Source: Lingula anatina (lineage: Eukaryota; Animalia; Brachiopoda). Taken from it: a DNA stretch of 64,000 bases. The stretch spans positions 70,968,788 through 71,032,787 of the forward strand of contig CM120640.1 of the NCBI GenBank assembly GCA_051362555.1, in the 5' to 3' direction. Positions within the stretch are counted from its first letter, which is position 1, and every line of letters starts with the position of its first letter. The translations under genes were made by a program, and so were the position numbers. The notes under the pieces were generated by a model, which was given only the letters and a program-made list of their open reading frames with translations, was not told the origin of the DNA and did no database searches. Below, one piece after another: positions 24,668 to 37,895 of the stretch.

Positions 24668-27600
24668 TTAGAATCGGCGTGCTCTCTTGCCTTCAAAGGG
24701 TGGTCCATCTGGTCGGTCTCTCCTGTCACGTTCCATCATACCACGCTCATTCCTCATGTTCCCCCCTTGGTTCCCCATCCCGCCACCCCCTCCCATCCCT
24801 CCAGGGCCACCCCCCATGTTACCCCCCATGCCCATGTTACCCATCCCCATCATGTTACCAGGCATGTTCCCCATGTTGCCCCCAGCACCCCCAAGGTTGC
24901 CCATCCCCCCGGGGCCACCCATCCCCCCAGGGCCACCCATGTTGCCCTGATTGCCCATCCCACCGAAATTGGGGCCCCCAGATGGAGGCTGATCAAAGCG
25001 CGACTGGCGTGACTAGAGGAGTAACAACAACGTTCAGTTCAGTTCATAGCCATCCATTGTCATACCAGACATTTTTCATTATGTTTAGTTCATGTGTGTT
25101 ATTGCGATCCAGTTCATTTTAGATGATAAGCATGACATAGTTGAGGTTGTCAAATCATCAGTGCGCCAAGGGAAGAAGCATCACATGGGAAGAAAAAGAA
25201 AAAGTACTGCATTAGTATCACCCAAGTCAGACTACATGTGCCTTCATACACACGTCATGTCCACTGTTCTCCTTGCTAGCTGCTGTTCATGGCCTTACCA
25301 GACTTGTTCATGGCCTTACCAGACCTGTTCATGGTCTTACCAGTCCTGTTCATGGCCTTATCAAACCTGTTCATTACCAGACCTGTTCATGGCCTTACCA
25401 AACTTGTTCATAGTCAACAAAAGAATCTACCACATCAACAAATATTTGTTATCACCATTGCTGATAAAGACAGCCAAGGTTTTTACTTATTATTATGCAA
25501 AAAAGGTCATCAGTTCCCAGGGGTAAAAGCAGATATAATTAGAAATGATTACTGCTAAATCTTCATAATTCAACAAATCGTAGCAGAGATATGTCATTTC
25601 CCAAATTTCAGCAAATTACATTTGCAGCTAAAAAACATTTTGAAACACTTAATGACTCATACAAATATATGCTTTCCAATAAAGTTTACTTTTTGAATAC
25701 CCCCACCCTAACCCATTAATAACCCTCTGAATCAGCCCATTACAAAAATCTCTTCAAGTACAGAAAACTTTGAAAAATATTCTTGAAAATAAATCAACTA
25801 GACAACACTCGGGCTTAAATTCAATGCCATGATGCCTCACTGGTTATACCAGCATTGTGGTTTCATATAGTCCAGACAGTAAACCATTACAGCTAACTGT
25901 GATAATACAACACACACACCTCTGTCACAAGTATACAGTAAATGAGTCAAATCTGAGAACTTCAACTGGTAAAATATGCCACAAAAACATGTCTACAAAC
26001 TTTTCATTCAAACCATCCTGTCAACTTCACTTGGTAAATATCACCCAGCCAAGAAAGAAATCAAAGTTAATCTGTAGTTAATATGTAATAACATGTTCAG
26101 TTCTGAATATCTAATATTTGGAGTATCCAAAGTGTCAATATTAATATGAACAAGAGTGGTGTACATCAAACCTCTCACCATCCTCTCTATGGGAACAACT
26201 TTGCTCCAGATAAACACCCACAAAAATGTTCATATTTTGGGTCTAAAAGCTATATCACTATAATTTTAAACCCCCCTCACCCCCACCCTCCAAAAAAAAA
26301 AAAATAAATAAATAAATAAAAATAATAAAATAAAACAATGATAATATATACCCTTTAAGACGCCTTTTTTTCTAAATATTAGTTTACCAAAGTTAATCTA
26401 AATGGAAAAAGCTTTCCTAGGAAACATACAGTACAACCAATTGTTTTCAATTTTAGGAGCCAAAACAGGTATGTAAAGATACAACAACTCTTGTGATGAC
26501 CACTGTTAGGTCAGGCCAACTGACAGAGGTAACTTAAGGGGTAGCTTATTTTCAAAGTGGCAAAGATCAAGTTGACACCCCCCCACCCCCCAAAAAAATA
26601 AAAAAAATAAAAATAAAAACCTAAATATTCATGGCATTTGGGATCTTAGACTATCATGTTTGTTCAATATTTTTTATTTATTAGATTAATTTTCTATCAG
26701 TATTTTCAACTCAAGAAGAAAGGTATTTAGTTTAGCATTCAAGATACATTTTTGCCACGAGAGCTGGCCAAATGCCACCTTATTGTTTCAAACAGTACAA
26801 CTTAGAGAAATACCAAAGGGCATCGTTTCACGTTACCTGAAAAATCATATTTGAAAGGATATTTACTGCTTACTCTCAGTGCTATATATAACCAAGCAGA
26901 TAAATCTGTCAATTTAGGATCAGAAATAAGAAGTAGGTGGAGTTATAAAGTTCTTTTTTATTGTTTATTTGTTTATTCCTTGGCATGTCATCTCTTTACG
27001 AGTTGTATAAGAAACTAGGAGAGGTTCATGTGCGTTACTTGGAAGCCATGCTTGCTTAATATGTAACTTAAATGTTTATTTTCATGTAACATTCCCTGTC
27101 ATTATTGGCCAGTCAATTGTGATCTATTCCTAGCTGACAGATACATCAGTAGTAAATCATACAAATTATTGTCCCTTTAAAAAGACGGACATATTCCAGA
27201 CTCAGACAGAAAGGCCATGAACAGCAGCCAGCTGAAAATACAAGCTAAGGTGAGCAATGGACATTTCAATCCTCCTGAAATAAATCACATCATAATTCTT
27301 ACAAAATATATACATAGTAAAGCATACCTCTTCAATTATCAAGTCAGTATTTACAATGTATATGGACTGTTAACAAATCAGTGAAAACTTTTATATGCTC
27401 CAGCTTACGATCCAACTACCTAAGTATCTCACAGAGCTATGGGGCACCTGGCAGTGACCTAGTTTCAATGATGATAGAATGAATGAAAGTGGACGGAAGA
27501 GGAGAGACAGAGAGGGAGAAAAGTTGAGAAATAGTGAGAATTTGAAGTTGCCCAAATTATTCTGCAATATACTCATGCAAGCCCTCTTTTCACGAAGACA

Positions 27601-30600
27601 AAACTTCAAAATAAATTTTTATGTTCCTATACTGACAAAGCACAAAACTCCACATACTCAATTCTGGGGAGTGATATCAACATGCAAATTACAGGAAACA
27701 GCAAATAACATCTTTCTTCTTTAAAAATTTCTCTTGGTAATTATTTTAAATTTACACTTACTAAACTGTTCATGTTATAGTGACCTACCAATTTAAAAGG
27801 TTCTGTCCACCAAGAGTTTCAGGTTTATTTCAGTTTAAAAATGTACTGAATTCACTTAACCTTCTATCCAGGTTTTATAATATATAGGCCCCTATATCAA
27901 GTTTTTTCACAGAAATATTTTTATGTTTTTACGTTGCTGACCATATTTCCTGCAATCAATAATCAATGTTTTTAAATCGCCGTACAATTTATCAGCTTTC
28001 ATATAACAAACACTTTCCTTGGATTGCATAATGCTGTCCTTGTTTTATAAGAGAAATCCTGTCAATCCTATCAACATTTTTTTGCAAACACAGTACATCC
28101 TTTGCCTTGAAATGTCAGTAACAAAACACCACTTATACGCAACAAAGAGGGTGGGCTGGATTAAGCTAAACATTTTCATTCTTTTAATTGATATACAAAG
28201 AAATCTGAAAAAAGTATGCTAAGACAAAGTATTTTACAAGCTGATGCTCTCATGGGAGTATTTTACCAGCAGAAACTGTCATGAAGAGTATAATGAATTG
28301 TTGACTATTGCATGCAATGCTTTGTACTTATCATTCCTTCTCCTAGAAAACCAACTTTTCTAATTAAGTTTCTAACCTTTCCAATAATCCAGTTGGCGGA
28401 GTTTTATTCCTGGAATAAATATGTCAGGAAAGAAATTATTTAAGCAAGCTTCGTATCTTGAGGGATGCATTCCACACTAGTTTTAAGTCAGAAAATCGTG
28501 TACACCCTTCTTTGTGATCACAGCACGTTGGAAGATTCCCCGACTCTTTCTACTATAAATTCACCTAAAGATTTGAGCACATGTTATTTAAAACACCACT
28601 GCCTCTCATTTCCCCCTTTATCCCTCTAATACAGCCTTTCATCCTCTTTTATTACTAAAAGGAATTCTGTTTAGTTGTGTTTCACGATGTCAAATTTATT
28701 AATGCATTTTTAAGTTTCTATCACACTGAAAATCATTAGAACTTTAGTAAATAAATAAAAACTAGAGGATCAGAGAGGCGATACCGCCTCCGAATATTGT
28801 ACCACCAGCTGGAGCAAGCGCATTCGTATAGACCCCCACATACACAAAATAAGGGGTGCAGCCACCAGTCTTGTGCTTGACAAGCTGTAAAAATGCAATC
28901 AACAAGAATTTTCAAAATATGCAAAAAATATATATAACTAAAAATGGTGCAATCAAAGTTAAGTTCATTGTAAGGTAGGTCAAAGGTCAATTTCAAGGTC
29001 ACAGTAAATTGCCAGTATATGACTTCCTATCCAACTTCAATAGTAACTATGGACCTATCTCTGCCAGTTTTGGAGATAAAAGGGAAGCAAAATTTGCAAA
29101 GTTCAGTTCATGGTGAAAAGTAGGTCAAAGGTCAATTTCAAGGTCACAGTAAGATTGCCAGTATATGACTTCCTATTCAACTTCAATAGTAACTATGGAC
29201 CTATCTCTGCCAGTTTTGGAGATAAAAGGGAAGCAAAATTTGCAAAGTTCAGTTCATGGTGAAAAGTAGGTCAAAGGTCAATTTCAAGGTCACATTTAGA
29301 TTGCCAGTATATGACTTCCTATTCAACTTCAATAGTAACTATGGACCTATCTCTGCCAGTTTTGGAGATAAAAGGGAAGCAAAATTTGCAAAGTTCAGTT
29401 CATGGTGAAAAGAAGGTCAAAGGTCAATTTCAAGGTCACAGTAAAATTGCCAGTATATGACTTCCTATGCAAGTTCAATAGTAACTATGGACCTATCTCT
29501 GCCAGTTTTGGAGATAAAAGGGAAGCAAATTTTGCAAAGTTCAGTTCAAGGTGAAAAGTAGGTCAAAGGTCAATTTCAAGGTCACAGTAAAATTGCCAGT
29601 ATATGACTTCCTATTCAAGTTCAATAGTAACTATGGACCTATCTCTGCCAGTTTTGGAGATAAAAGGGAAGCAAAATTTGCAAAGTTCAGTTCATGGTGA
29701 TAAGTAGGTCAAAGGTCAATTTCAAGGTCACAGTAAGATTGCCAGTATATGACTTCCTATTCAACTTCAATAGTAACTATGGACCTATCTCTGCCAGTTT
29801 TGGAGATAAAAGGGAAGCAAAATTTGCAAAGTTCAGTTCATGGTGAAAAGTAGGTCAAAGGTCAATTTCAAGGTCACATTTAGATTGCCAGTATATGACT
29901 TCCTATTCAACTTCAATAGTAACTATGGACCTATCTCTGCCAGTTTTGGAGATAAAAGGGAAGCAAAATTTGCAAAGTTCAGTTCATGGTGAAAAGAAGG
30001 TCAAAGGTCAATTTCAAGGTCACAGTAAAATTGCCAGTATATGACTTCCTATGCAAGTTCAATAGTAACTATGGACCTATCTCTGCCAGTTTTGGAGATA
30101 AAAGGGAAGCAAATTTTGCAAAGTTCAGTTCAAGGTGAAAAGTAGGTCAAAGGTCAATTTCAAGGTCACAGTAAAATTGCCAGTATATGACTTCCTATTC
30201 AAGTTCAATAGTAACTATGGACCTATCTCTGCCAGTTTTGGAGATAAAAGGGAAGCAAAATTTGCAAAGTTCAGTTCATGGTGATAAGTAGGTCAAAGGT
30301 CAATTTCAAGGTCACAGTAAGATTGCCAGTATATGACTTCCTATTCAACTTCAATAGTAACTATGGACCTATCTCTGCCAGTTTTGGAGATAAAAGGGAA
30401 GCAAAATTTGCAAAGTTCAGTTCATGGTGAAAAGTAGGTCAAAGGTCAATGTCAAGGTCACAGTAAGATTGCCAGTATATGACTTCCTATTCAACTTCAA
30501 TAGTAACTATGGACCTATCTCTGCCAGTTTTGGAGATATAAGGGACTAAATGTTATAATTTTGGAGTTACCATAATGTGCCATAAATTTCCTACAGAAAA

Positions 30601-33600
30601 AATTAATTAAAATAAAGAAAAGGTCATTTTGGTCAAAGTTCTTGAAATGGGAGGTTCTCTGAAGTTGCAGAAGTTTAAATTTGATAAAATAATGTCATTT
30701 TTGACCACAAGTTGTCTGCTTTGCCAAGCATTATGTTTTATTTTTCCGGAGTTCAAAATTTATTATCCATTACCGTACTGCACATTTTTACGGAAGCCGA
30801 CTGGTGCCATATGTTGAAAAAAAAAATTATCTCGAAATTTCGAGATAGCATTTTTTTTGTTCAAATTTCAAAATACTATCTCGAAATTTCGAGATAAATT
30901 TTTTTGCTCAAATATCAAAATGCTATCTCGAAATTTCGAGATAATTTTTTTTTTGTTCAAATTTCAAAATGCTATCTCGAAATTTCGAGATAAAAATTTT
31001 TTTTGTTCAAATTTCAAAATAGTATCTCGAAATTTCGAGATAATTTTTTTTTCTACATATGGCACCAGTCGGCTTCCGTACATTTTCCTTTCACCACCAA
31101 TATGTACTTTCTGATACAGCGTAACTCGAAAACCGTATGGAATACAAAAAAACCGAGACCACCTCCAGTGTTGGGCTTTACATGCTCTACAAAATGCAAA
31201 AAAGAATGGGTCTCTAGCATTAACGGTTCCCGAATTAGAGACAGTTTTCAGTTTCGGTATCTTATGGCCGCTACTCCTGTGAAAATGCACCGATTGACCC
31301 CAAATTCACGGAGATGAAAGATGACCTGAAGGGTAACACTTTCCAATAATATTATTGGTTAAGTCTGTGTGGCGTCTGAATAACAGGGCAAAAAAATTTT
31401 TTTTCGTAAAAAATTTCATTTTTTTGAAAATTTTGACCCATTTGACCTTGAAGTAAAGGTCAAAGGTCAAATCCGAGGGTATATTTGAAATCTACACATA
31501 TGACTTTTGGAAAGCCGTCTATAGAAATTTTTCCCGTAACTCCTTCTGTAGGGTAGATAATTAGCATTTAATTTTGCCATTTTTAGACAAGGGTGCATTG
31601 CAATGAGTGCCACACCCAGACCCCAATACCGACAAAGCCCAAATTTTACGTGGAACGAGTTGAGATTATAGGTGACCTAAATCCATGAGATGGGTACGGG
31701 GGCCCTTACCGTCTAGGAGGAGAAGCGGTAACGGTAACATGGCGGCGGAGCCGGCGGAACGGACCGGACGGGACCGAAACCATGTGTACCGCCAGCGCTA
31801 ACGCTGGTGGTAAATTTTTTTGTTCAAATTTCAAAATAGTATCTCGAAATTTCAAGATAATTTTTTTTTCTACATATGGCACCAGTGGGCTTCCGTACAT
31901 TTTCCTTTCACCACCAATATGTACTTTTTGATACAGCGTAACTCGAAAACCGTATGGAATACAAAAAAACCGAGACCACCATCAGTGTTGGGCTTTACAT
32001 GCTCTACAAAATGCAAAAAAGAATGGGTCTCTAGCATTAACGGTTCCCGAATTAGAGACAGTTTTCAGTTTCGGTATCTTATGGCCGCTACTCCTGTGAA
32101 AATGCACCGATTGACCCCAAATTCACGGAGATGAAAGATGACCTGAAGGGTAACACTTTCCAATAATATTATTGGTTAAGTCTGTGTGGTGTCTGAATAA
32201 AAGGGCAAAAAATTTTTTTTTCGTAAAAAATTTCATTTTTTTGAAAATTTTGGCCCATTTGACCTTGAAGTAAAGGTCAAAGGTCAAATCCGAGGGTATA
32301 TTTGAAATCTACACATATGACTTTTGGAAAGCCGTCTGTAGAAAATTTTCCCGTAACTCCTTCCGTAGGGTAGATAATTAGCATTTAATTTTGCCATTTT
32401 TGGACAAGGGTGCATTGCAATGAGTGCCACACCCAGACCCCAATACCGACAAAGCCCAAATTTTACGTGGAACGAGTTGAGATTATAGGTGACCTAAATC
32501 CATGAGATGGGTATGGGGGGCCTTACCGTCTAGGAGGAGAAGCGGTAACGGTAGCCGTCCGGCGGAGCCGGCGGAGCCGGCGGAACGATCCGGACGAGAC
32601 CGAAACCATGTGTACCGCCAGCGCTAACGCTGGTGGTACAATAATCATCACTTCAAAATGTATGCAAGGTCATGTTCAATCAATTTTCATAAAAACAATT
32701 AAGGTTTTAATCCAGTTATAGTTGATATTCTTCCTGGTTATCAATAATAATAACAAAACACAAACACCTCTGGTTTACAGCAAACAATATTTGATATGGC
32801 ACTTTACAGTGGTCAAAACATACTCCATATGCATTAGATGTCAGTAACAGTTGTCAATTTGCTGGCCATTACGGCAACACAGTCAATGACTGGACACAGT
32901 ACTTCACCTCAGTATAAAGACAACACTTCATGGTATTATACCTATTTTTGTTGATGCATAACCTAAGCACACTGTATCCAATGGACAATAGTAGTTTACC
33001 CTTTATCAACACATTTCTCTACAGTACAAACTAGTTGTTAGGGCCCACATGAGTATAGAGCTATAAAGTAGAGTAGTCACTGCCAGAGCCTATTGGTATG
33101 TACTTCATTGACTTGTTTGAATATTAAGACATTCAACACTGACTACGTGAAGACTCCTACATTCAGTTTCTTTATCACATCCAGGACTAGTAAAATATCA
33201 CACTCCCTAGAGAAGAGCTGTAGCTATGGCTACCAAGCCCCCACCATAGACTGTCCCTACAGAACATCTCCTCAGCCATCAGATCACCCAGCAGAACACA
33301 GTGAATACATTACCATTTGTGCTATCTGTCCCATCAGAGCCTGGGCCTGGCTGTTCAGGTTACCCCCCTGGCCCCCCATGCCTCCTTGGTTTCCAAAGCC
33401 TCCGGGACCCCCGGGGCCCCCAGGGCCACCACCCTGGCCGTTAGCATTGCCAGCACCTCCACTCCTCTCCATGTTGCCTTGGTTACCCATCTGGAAGAAC
33501 AAAAATTTTTCACTGTACAATGCTGCCACCTGGTGAACACACCGAGTACCAGAAACACACACTCCACACACTCACTTTGGCATGTGTTACCACATGTCAT

Positions 33601-36600
33601 ATTTCTAAATAGATCAAGCCAGCATCAATTTGTCTACCTAATGAAAACTCATTACAGAAAGTATGTATTCTTATCCTAATATCCAAAGCACTTGGTCATA
33701 AAATACTTCAGTTATCTTGTCATTCATTCAGTTAACTTGTCATTCACAGTAAGTTCTTTACTCCTAGAGACGGTGTAGGCAGTACCTGAGATCTCTGTTG
33801 TCTCTCTAGTCCCAGTCCAGCTGGCGGGGCTGGGGGTGGCTGCATGGGAGGTGCATTACCCCGGGGTCCACCTGGTCCACCACCCCCACCGCTGCCACCA
33901 CCCTGCATCTCCCGCATAGCACTCTCTTGCTGAACACAGGAGAGAACACAGTTTTCAGTCTCTTACAAAACACAGTTCATTTATCTAGTGAGCTGCACAC
34001 AGGAGAGAACACAGTTTTCAGTCTCTTACAAAACACAGTTCATTTATCTAGTGAGCTGAACACAGGAGAGAACACAGTTTTCAGTCTCTTACAAAATACA
34101 GCTCCAAGGCCAGCTTCTTCATTTTCAAACCTGCATACACACACCTAGCAGACACTTGAACTTCTGGGACAAATTCAAGCTAATCTCACTAACCACAGAC
34201 ATAAGTTATCTGAACTTAGTGGTACTGTGGAAAGACAAGAGACATGGTTGGGATTGGTGTAGAAATTTTTATCAAATGCAGCAGCAGTTCAGACAGCACA
34301 AGCTGCATGCATGGACATTTGAAAATGAAAGCTGACACACACAATGGCTGTTAACCTCTGGCTGCGCTCATATCTGAATAGCACTGGTCACAGAAACAGA
34401 AGGATAATTTATAATCTAATTTTTATGAAAATAAAACTTTCCAAATTATACTGTAACCTTTGAAGATCTGCAATGCACAAAAACCATTTTACAGCAAACA
34501 TGCAAGCTGTTTAAACTGTTGGCTTAAAATATCACCTGCTCAAGCTGTCTGCGTCTCATGATTTCCTCTTGCTGTTGTCTCATCATCATTTCCTCGCGTC
34601 TTCTCTGTTCTTCTTGCCTCATCCTTTCATCATCAGGACGCCTGTTGCCAAACTGCTGCATGTTGCCCTGGTTCCTGAAGCCACCCTCATTGTTGAAGAA
34701 ATCATTTCTCTCATTTCTGAACTCGTTCTGGCGCCTAGAGTTGAATGAAAAGAAGTCACACCTTTTAGAAAACAAACCAAATAAACAACTACAATTTCCT
34801 TACAGTACCGGACACACTCACAATTCCAATACAGTTGACATTCCCATCATCCCAATGACATGTGTATTTACCTCATTTCTACCAGTACCAGATACACTCC
34901 CAGTTCAAATACAGTTAACATTCCCATCATCCCAATGACGTGTATTTACCTCATTTCCAACTGCTGCATTCTGCGTTCCTGTTCCTGCGCCCTCATCTCC
35001 TCCAGGCGCCTTAGCTCTTCTTGTCTACGCATCAAATCTGGCAAAAAAGACATGCGACCATAAAGTAAACAAGCAACACTATAATAAGAATACTAACAAA
35101 TATATATTATTAATCATCTATTTACAGAATTTGGAAAACTCACCATCAAGTATGGATTATATGTATATAATCAATATTTGATGGTGAGTTTTTCAAACAT
35201 ATAAGTATACTTATAATTTTCCCAGAGTTACAACCAGTGTTGAGAGAGGAAGATGAAAGGGAAGTTGATCAGAGTTAAAGTGTTTACCCTAAACAAATTG
35301 TTAAATATGATTTTTTTACAAGAAAAGTTAACTCTGGGCACCTTTAATCCTGACAAACCATCAAAGGCAAAAGCATATTCTCACACAGATAACAAAGGTC
35401 TATTTATTGTAAACTCTTCGGTACAAGTTTTAATGGACTTAAACTAAATATATATATAGTCATTATTATCATTCATGAAGAGTTCTCCCCACCTTGTCTG
35501 AGCATCAGAGCCTCCTGCTCATGCATAGCATTGTCCATCTCCATGTCTAGTTTCTCCCACAGATCTTCTAGCTGCTTCTTCAGCTGTTCCTTCTGCTGCT
35601 TCTCCATCTCATACAGTTGTTTCCAGCGCTGACCAAACTCGAACTCAAAGGAGCCTGGCTGTGCAAACCTTGGTTCAACCTCCCTTTCCCTAGAGAAAAC
35701 AAGAAAAAAAATTGCAAACTACTCATTTATCATCTTTTAAAATTATAATAATGCTCTAATTATTTAGCTTTAAACCACTTTTTTTTTTTTTTTTGTCAAT
35801 CTTTAATGTAAAAACAGACATGCTGAAAACTTTTCAGAATGGCCGGACATTTGGACCAGCAGTAATGAAAAATTTGCCAGACCGAATGGATTTTTGTCGG
35901 ACCGAAAATCACCCTACTCGTTTGAGACAGATACTACCAGTACTTTGTTTGTGAATGTGGTAGATTTGAAATGGAAGGGGAAAAAAAACGCTTTGTGTTT
36001 TATATAATTTTAGTAGTGAAGTATGTCAAATGATGACTGTAAATTCTTAAAACTCTTGTCAGTCCTGTGGACCGACCAAGTCCAATTTTCTACCAGTCCA
36101 GGCAAATTTTCCCGGTCATGACCGATCGGACCGACAGTTTCAGCATGTCTGTAAAAATATCAATAAAACTTTGGTTAATGTACACATGTAACAAATGGAA
36201 GGTACAGGAAAGATTAACTTACTTTTGATAGATGGCATTTTTCTGTACATATCTCTCAGGCATTCCATCGTCTTCATCATGCTGCTCTAACAGTTCAACA
36301 ATGATGGGGCGAGGAGATCTGAAAGTGATATTGTGAATATTTATCAATCCATTTTTCAAAACATTATTTAAAAGAAATTCTAAGACAACATAAAAGATTT
36401 GGTATTTTCTTCACTTCCCTCACATAATCCAAATAACAGAATGTAACATCAAAAACCTAAAACAAAAAACAAACTTTTCAACTCAGTCGCAGACACACTC
36501 CCCATGCTACATAAGCTATTTTTAATTACCAGTTCAAATTTAATGGCTTCAGCCAGAGATGAGATGGACTTACTTGGCCAGGAGAAAGACTCCATCATTG

Positions 36601-37418
36601 ATCCTGTTTAGTGCAGTCTGTGCTCCTGGTTTTCTAGCAAATTCCACAATCCCCTCCCCAGTGGCACGGCCTCGATCATCAACAATCACCACAGCACGCT
36701 CTACTGACCCAAAGACAGAGAAAGCTTGTTCCAGGAGCTCATTGGACGCGTGGGCTGGGAGGTGTTTCACCCTCAATGCTGCACCATGTGTGGCAAAACG
36801 CACCCTGAGCATGCGCCCCTTACGCAGGGTTCCATCTAGGGCACTCTTTGCAGCTTCTGCATTTGGTCTGGTGTCCTAAAACAACAAAATTATACCAATT
36901 AAACTCAGCAACACATTCGGTTAAATATTGGAATTTTACCGACAAGTACACAAATAAGGGGTAGATTAATATGAATTCTTAGGCCACCATTATCCTACAC
37001 TTTAAAAACATCATTAACTCACCAATCTTATAAAGCCAAAACCCTTCTGCTTATTGAGAAAAACTTCGGAGCTCTGGCCGTACGGTTCAAACAATTTCTT
37101 GAAATCTGACTCTTCAATATCATTGGGGAGATTTCCAACAAAGAGCCGACATCTTCCAGTAAACAACTTCTTTTCTGCTGGCTGGGATGAACCATCTTTA
37201 TTTTGACTTCCTTCTCTATCTCTGCTGTCTCTTTTGTCATGTCGGTTTCCAAATCTGTCCGAGTCTCGTCTATTGTTCTGATTTCGGTGCTCTCTGCCTC
37301 TCTGATCTCCCGCTCCCCCCGACCTATTTGAATTTGGAGTCGTTTGTGCCTTCTTGTCTGGTGTCTTCTCACTTCTGGTTGGTGCAGGACTTTTTCCTGT
37401 CGCCTTAGTTGCAGACAT
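24668..37418 (-). CDS. NONO: DBHS-family RNA-binding protein (NONO/SFPQ/PSPC1, nonA/Hrp65 homologue), 9 coding exons: 37418-37023, 36875-36574, 36318-36223, 35689-35493, 35037-34950, 34734-34536, 33929-33786, 33490-33314, 25012-24668
   Basis: RRM1 ([13 protein letters not shown]...KGFGFIRL), RRM2 ([11 protein letters not shown]...[12 protein letters not shown]), NOPS (PRPIIVE...[18 protein letters not shown]), coiled coil, G/M/N-rich low-complexity tail and C-terminal KRARRF NLS. All junctions are GT-AG and in frame. Probably co-orthologous to all three vertebrate paralogues. Confidence 0.95.
25283..25411. repeat. 21-bp tandem repeat (about 6 copies), most containing a minus-strand G|GTAAGG donor-like motif
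   Basis: Repeated TGTTCATGGCCTTACCAGACC. Confidence 0.85.
28976..30540. repeat. 146-bp satellite array, about 10.7 near-identical units
   Basis: GTATATGACTTCCTAT recurs at 29015, 29161, 29307, 29453 and onward (period 146). Confidence 0.95.
30791..31078. mobile_element. TA-flanked MITE (Tc1/mariner-like) with internal ~45-bp repeats
   Basis: 24-bp TIR CGGAAGCCGACTGGTGCCATATGT, TA on both sides, five copies of the palindrome ATCTCGAAATTTCGAGAT inside. Confidence 0.8.
33929..34100. repeat. 63-bp tandem repeat (2.7 copies) containing the 3' splice site of DBHS exon 7
   Basis: Units start at 33929, 33992 and 34055. Confidence 0.9.
34794..34958. repeat. ~80-bp tandem duplication containing the 5' splice site of DBHS exon 5
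   Basis: CATTCCCATCATCCCAATGAC..TGTATTTACCTCATTTC occurs twice. Confidence 0.85.
35815..36151. mobile_element. MITE in DBHS intron 3
   Basis: TIR CAGACATGCTGAAA/TTTCAGCATGTCTG flanked by direct repeat TAAAAA. Confidence 0.75.
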
Positions 37419-37895
37419 TGCTATATTTATTTGAGAACAAGTCTGCACTACGTTCCTCGCCACGCACTTTTCCTAAAACAATATGGCCGTCTTTACACAC
37501 GCCGGTGTCACGTGACCAAAATTATCCGAAATGCATTCCATCAAAACGAATCACTTAGCGCAAAAACGAAGTTAATTTAACAAAGCAGATTAATAAAAAC
37601 GCATCTGTTTTAATATGATAAGACATAAAAATATAAACTGGATAATGGTTACCTAAGTAATGCTCTTTTTTATGCGAAAATTAGATGCATGGACAAAAAT
37701 TGAAATCGAGGCCACAGAAGCCATTGTTTGATGTGGGGGGAACCGATGACCAGAAGAATACGTTCAGATAAATTGTCTGCTGCAACCTCTCTTCGTAATT
37801 TACAGCTGTATTATGTACACTCATTTTATGTGAAGTGCGTACGATGTGCAAATGACCTTGAACTGTCTTGCATGTGGGTCATTTAAAAAAGAGGC
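37419..37895. promoter_or_regulatory. Bidirectional promoter and 5'UTRs of the DBHS and ZMYM genes
   Basis: About 480 bp between divergent ATGs, locally CpG-richer; palindromic E-box GTCACGTGAC at 37507-37516 and YY1-like CAATATGGCCG at 37479-37489. Confidence 0.7.

Larger units (their letters stand above)
28761..32645 (-). mobile_element. Non-autonomous Helentron/HINE (DINE-1/pearl-like) element with internal satellite, nested MITE and duplicated end
   Basis: Sub-terminal inverted repeat TATTGTACCACCAGC; terminal palindrome TACCACCAGCG..CGCTGGCGGTA; CGG-rich microsatellite-like tract; 3' hairpin GAGGCG-GTAT-CGCCTC shortly before CTAG+T run. A second copy lies at 41861-43869. Confidence 0.8.

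Noticed and set aside
24679-25122. Pro-rich plus-strand ORFs, and similar antisense ORFs over ZMYM and cadherin exons
   Set aside because: Shadows of real exons on the opposite strand.
30857-32134. Duplicated 104-aa ORFs and a related ORF at 42438
   Set aside because: They lie within the repeated non-autonomous element and show no transposase or Rep/helicase motifs.
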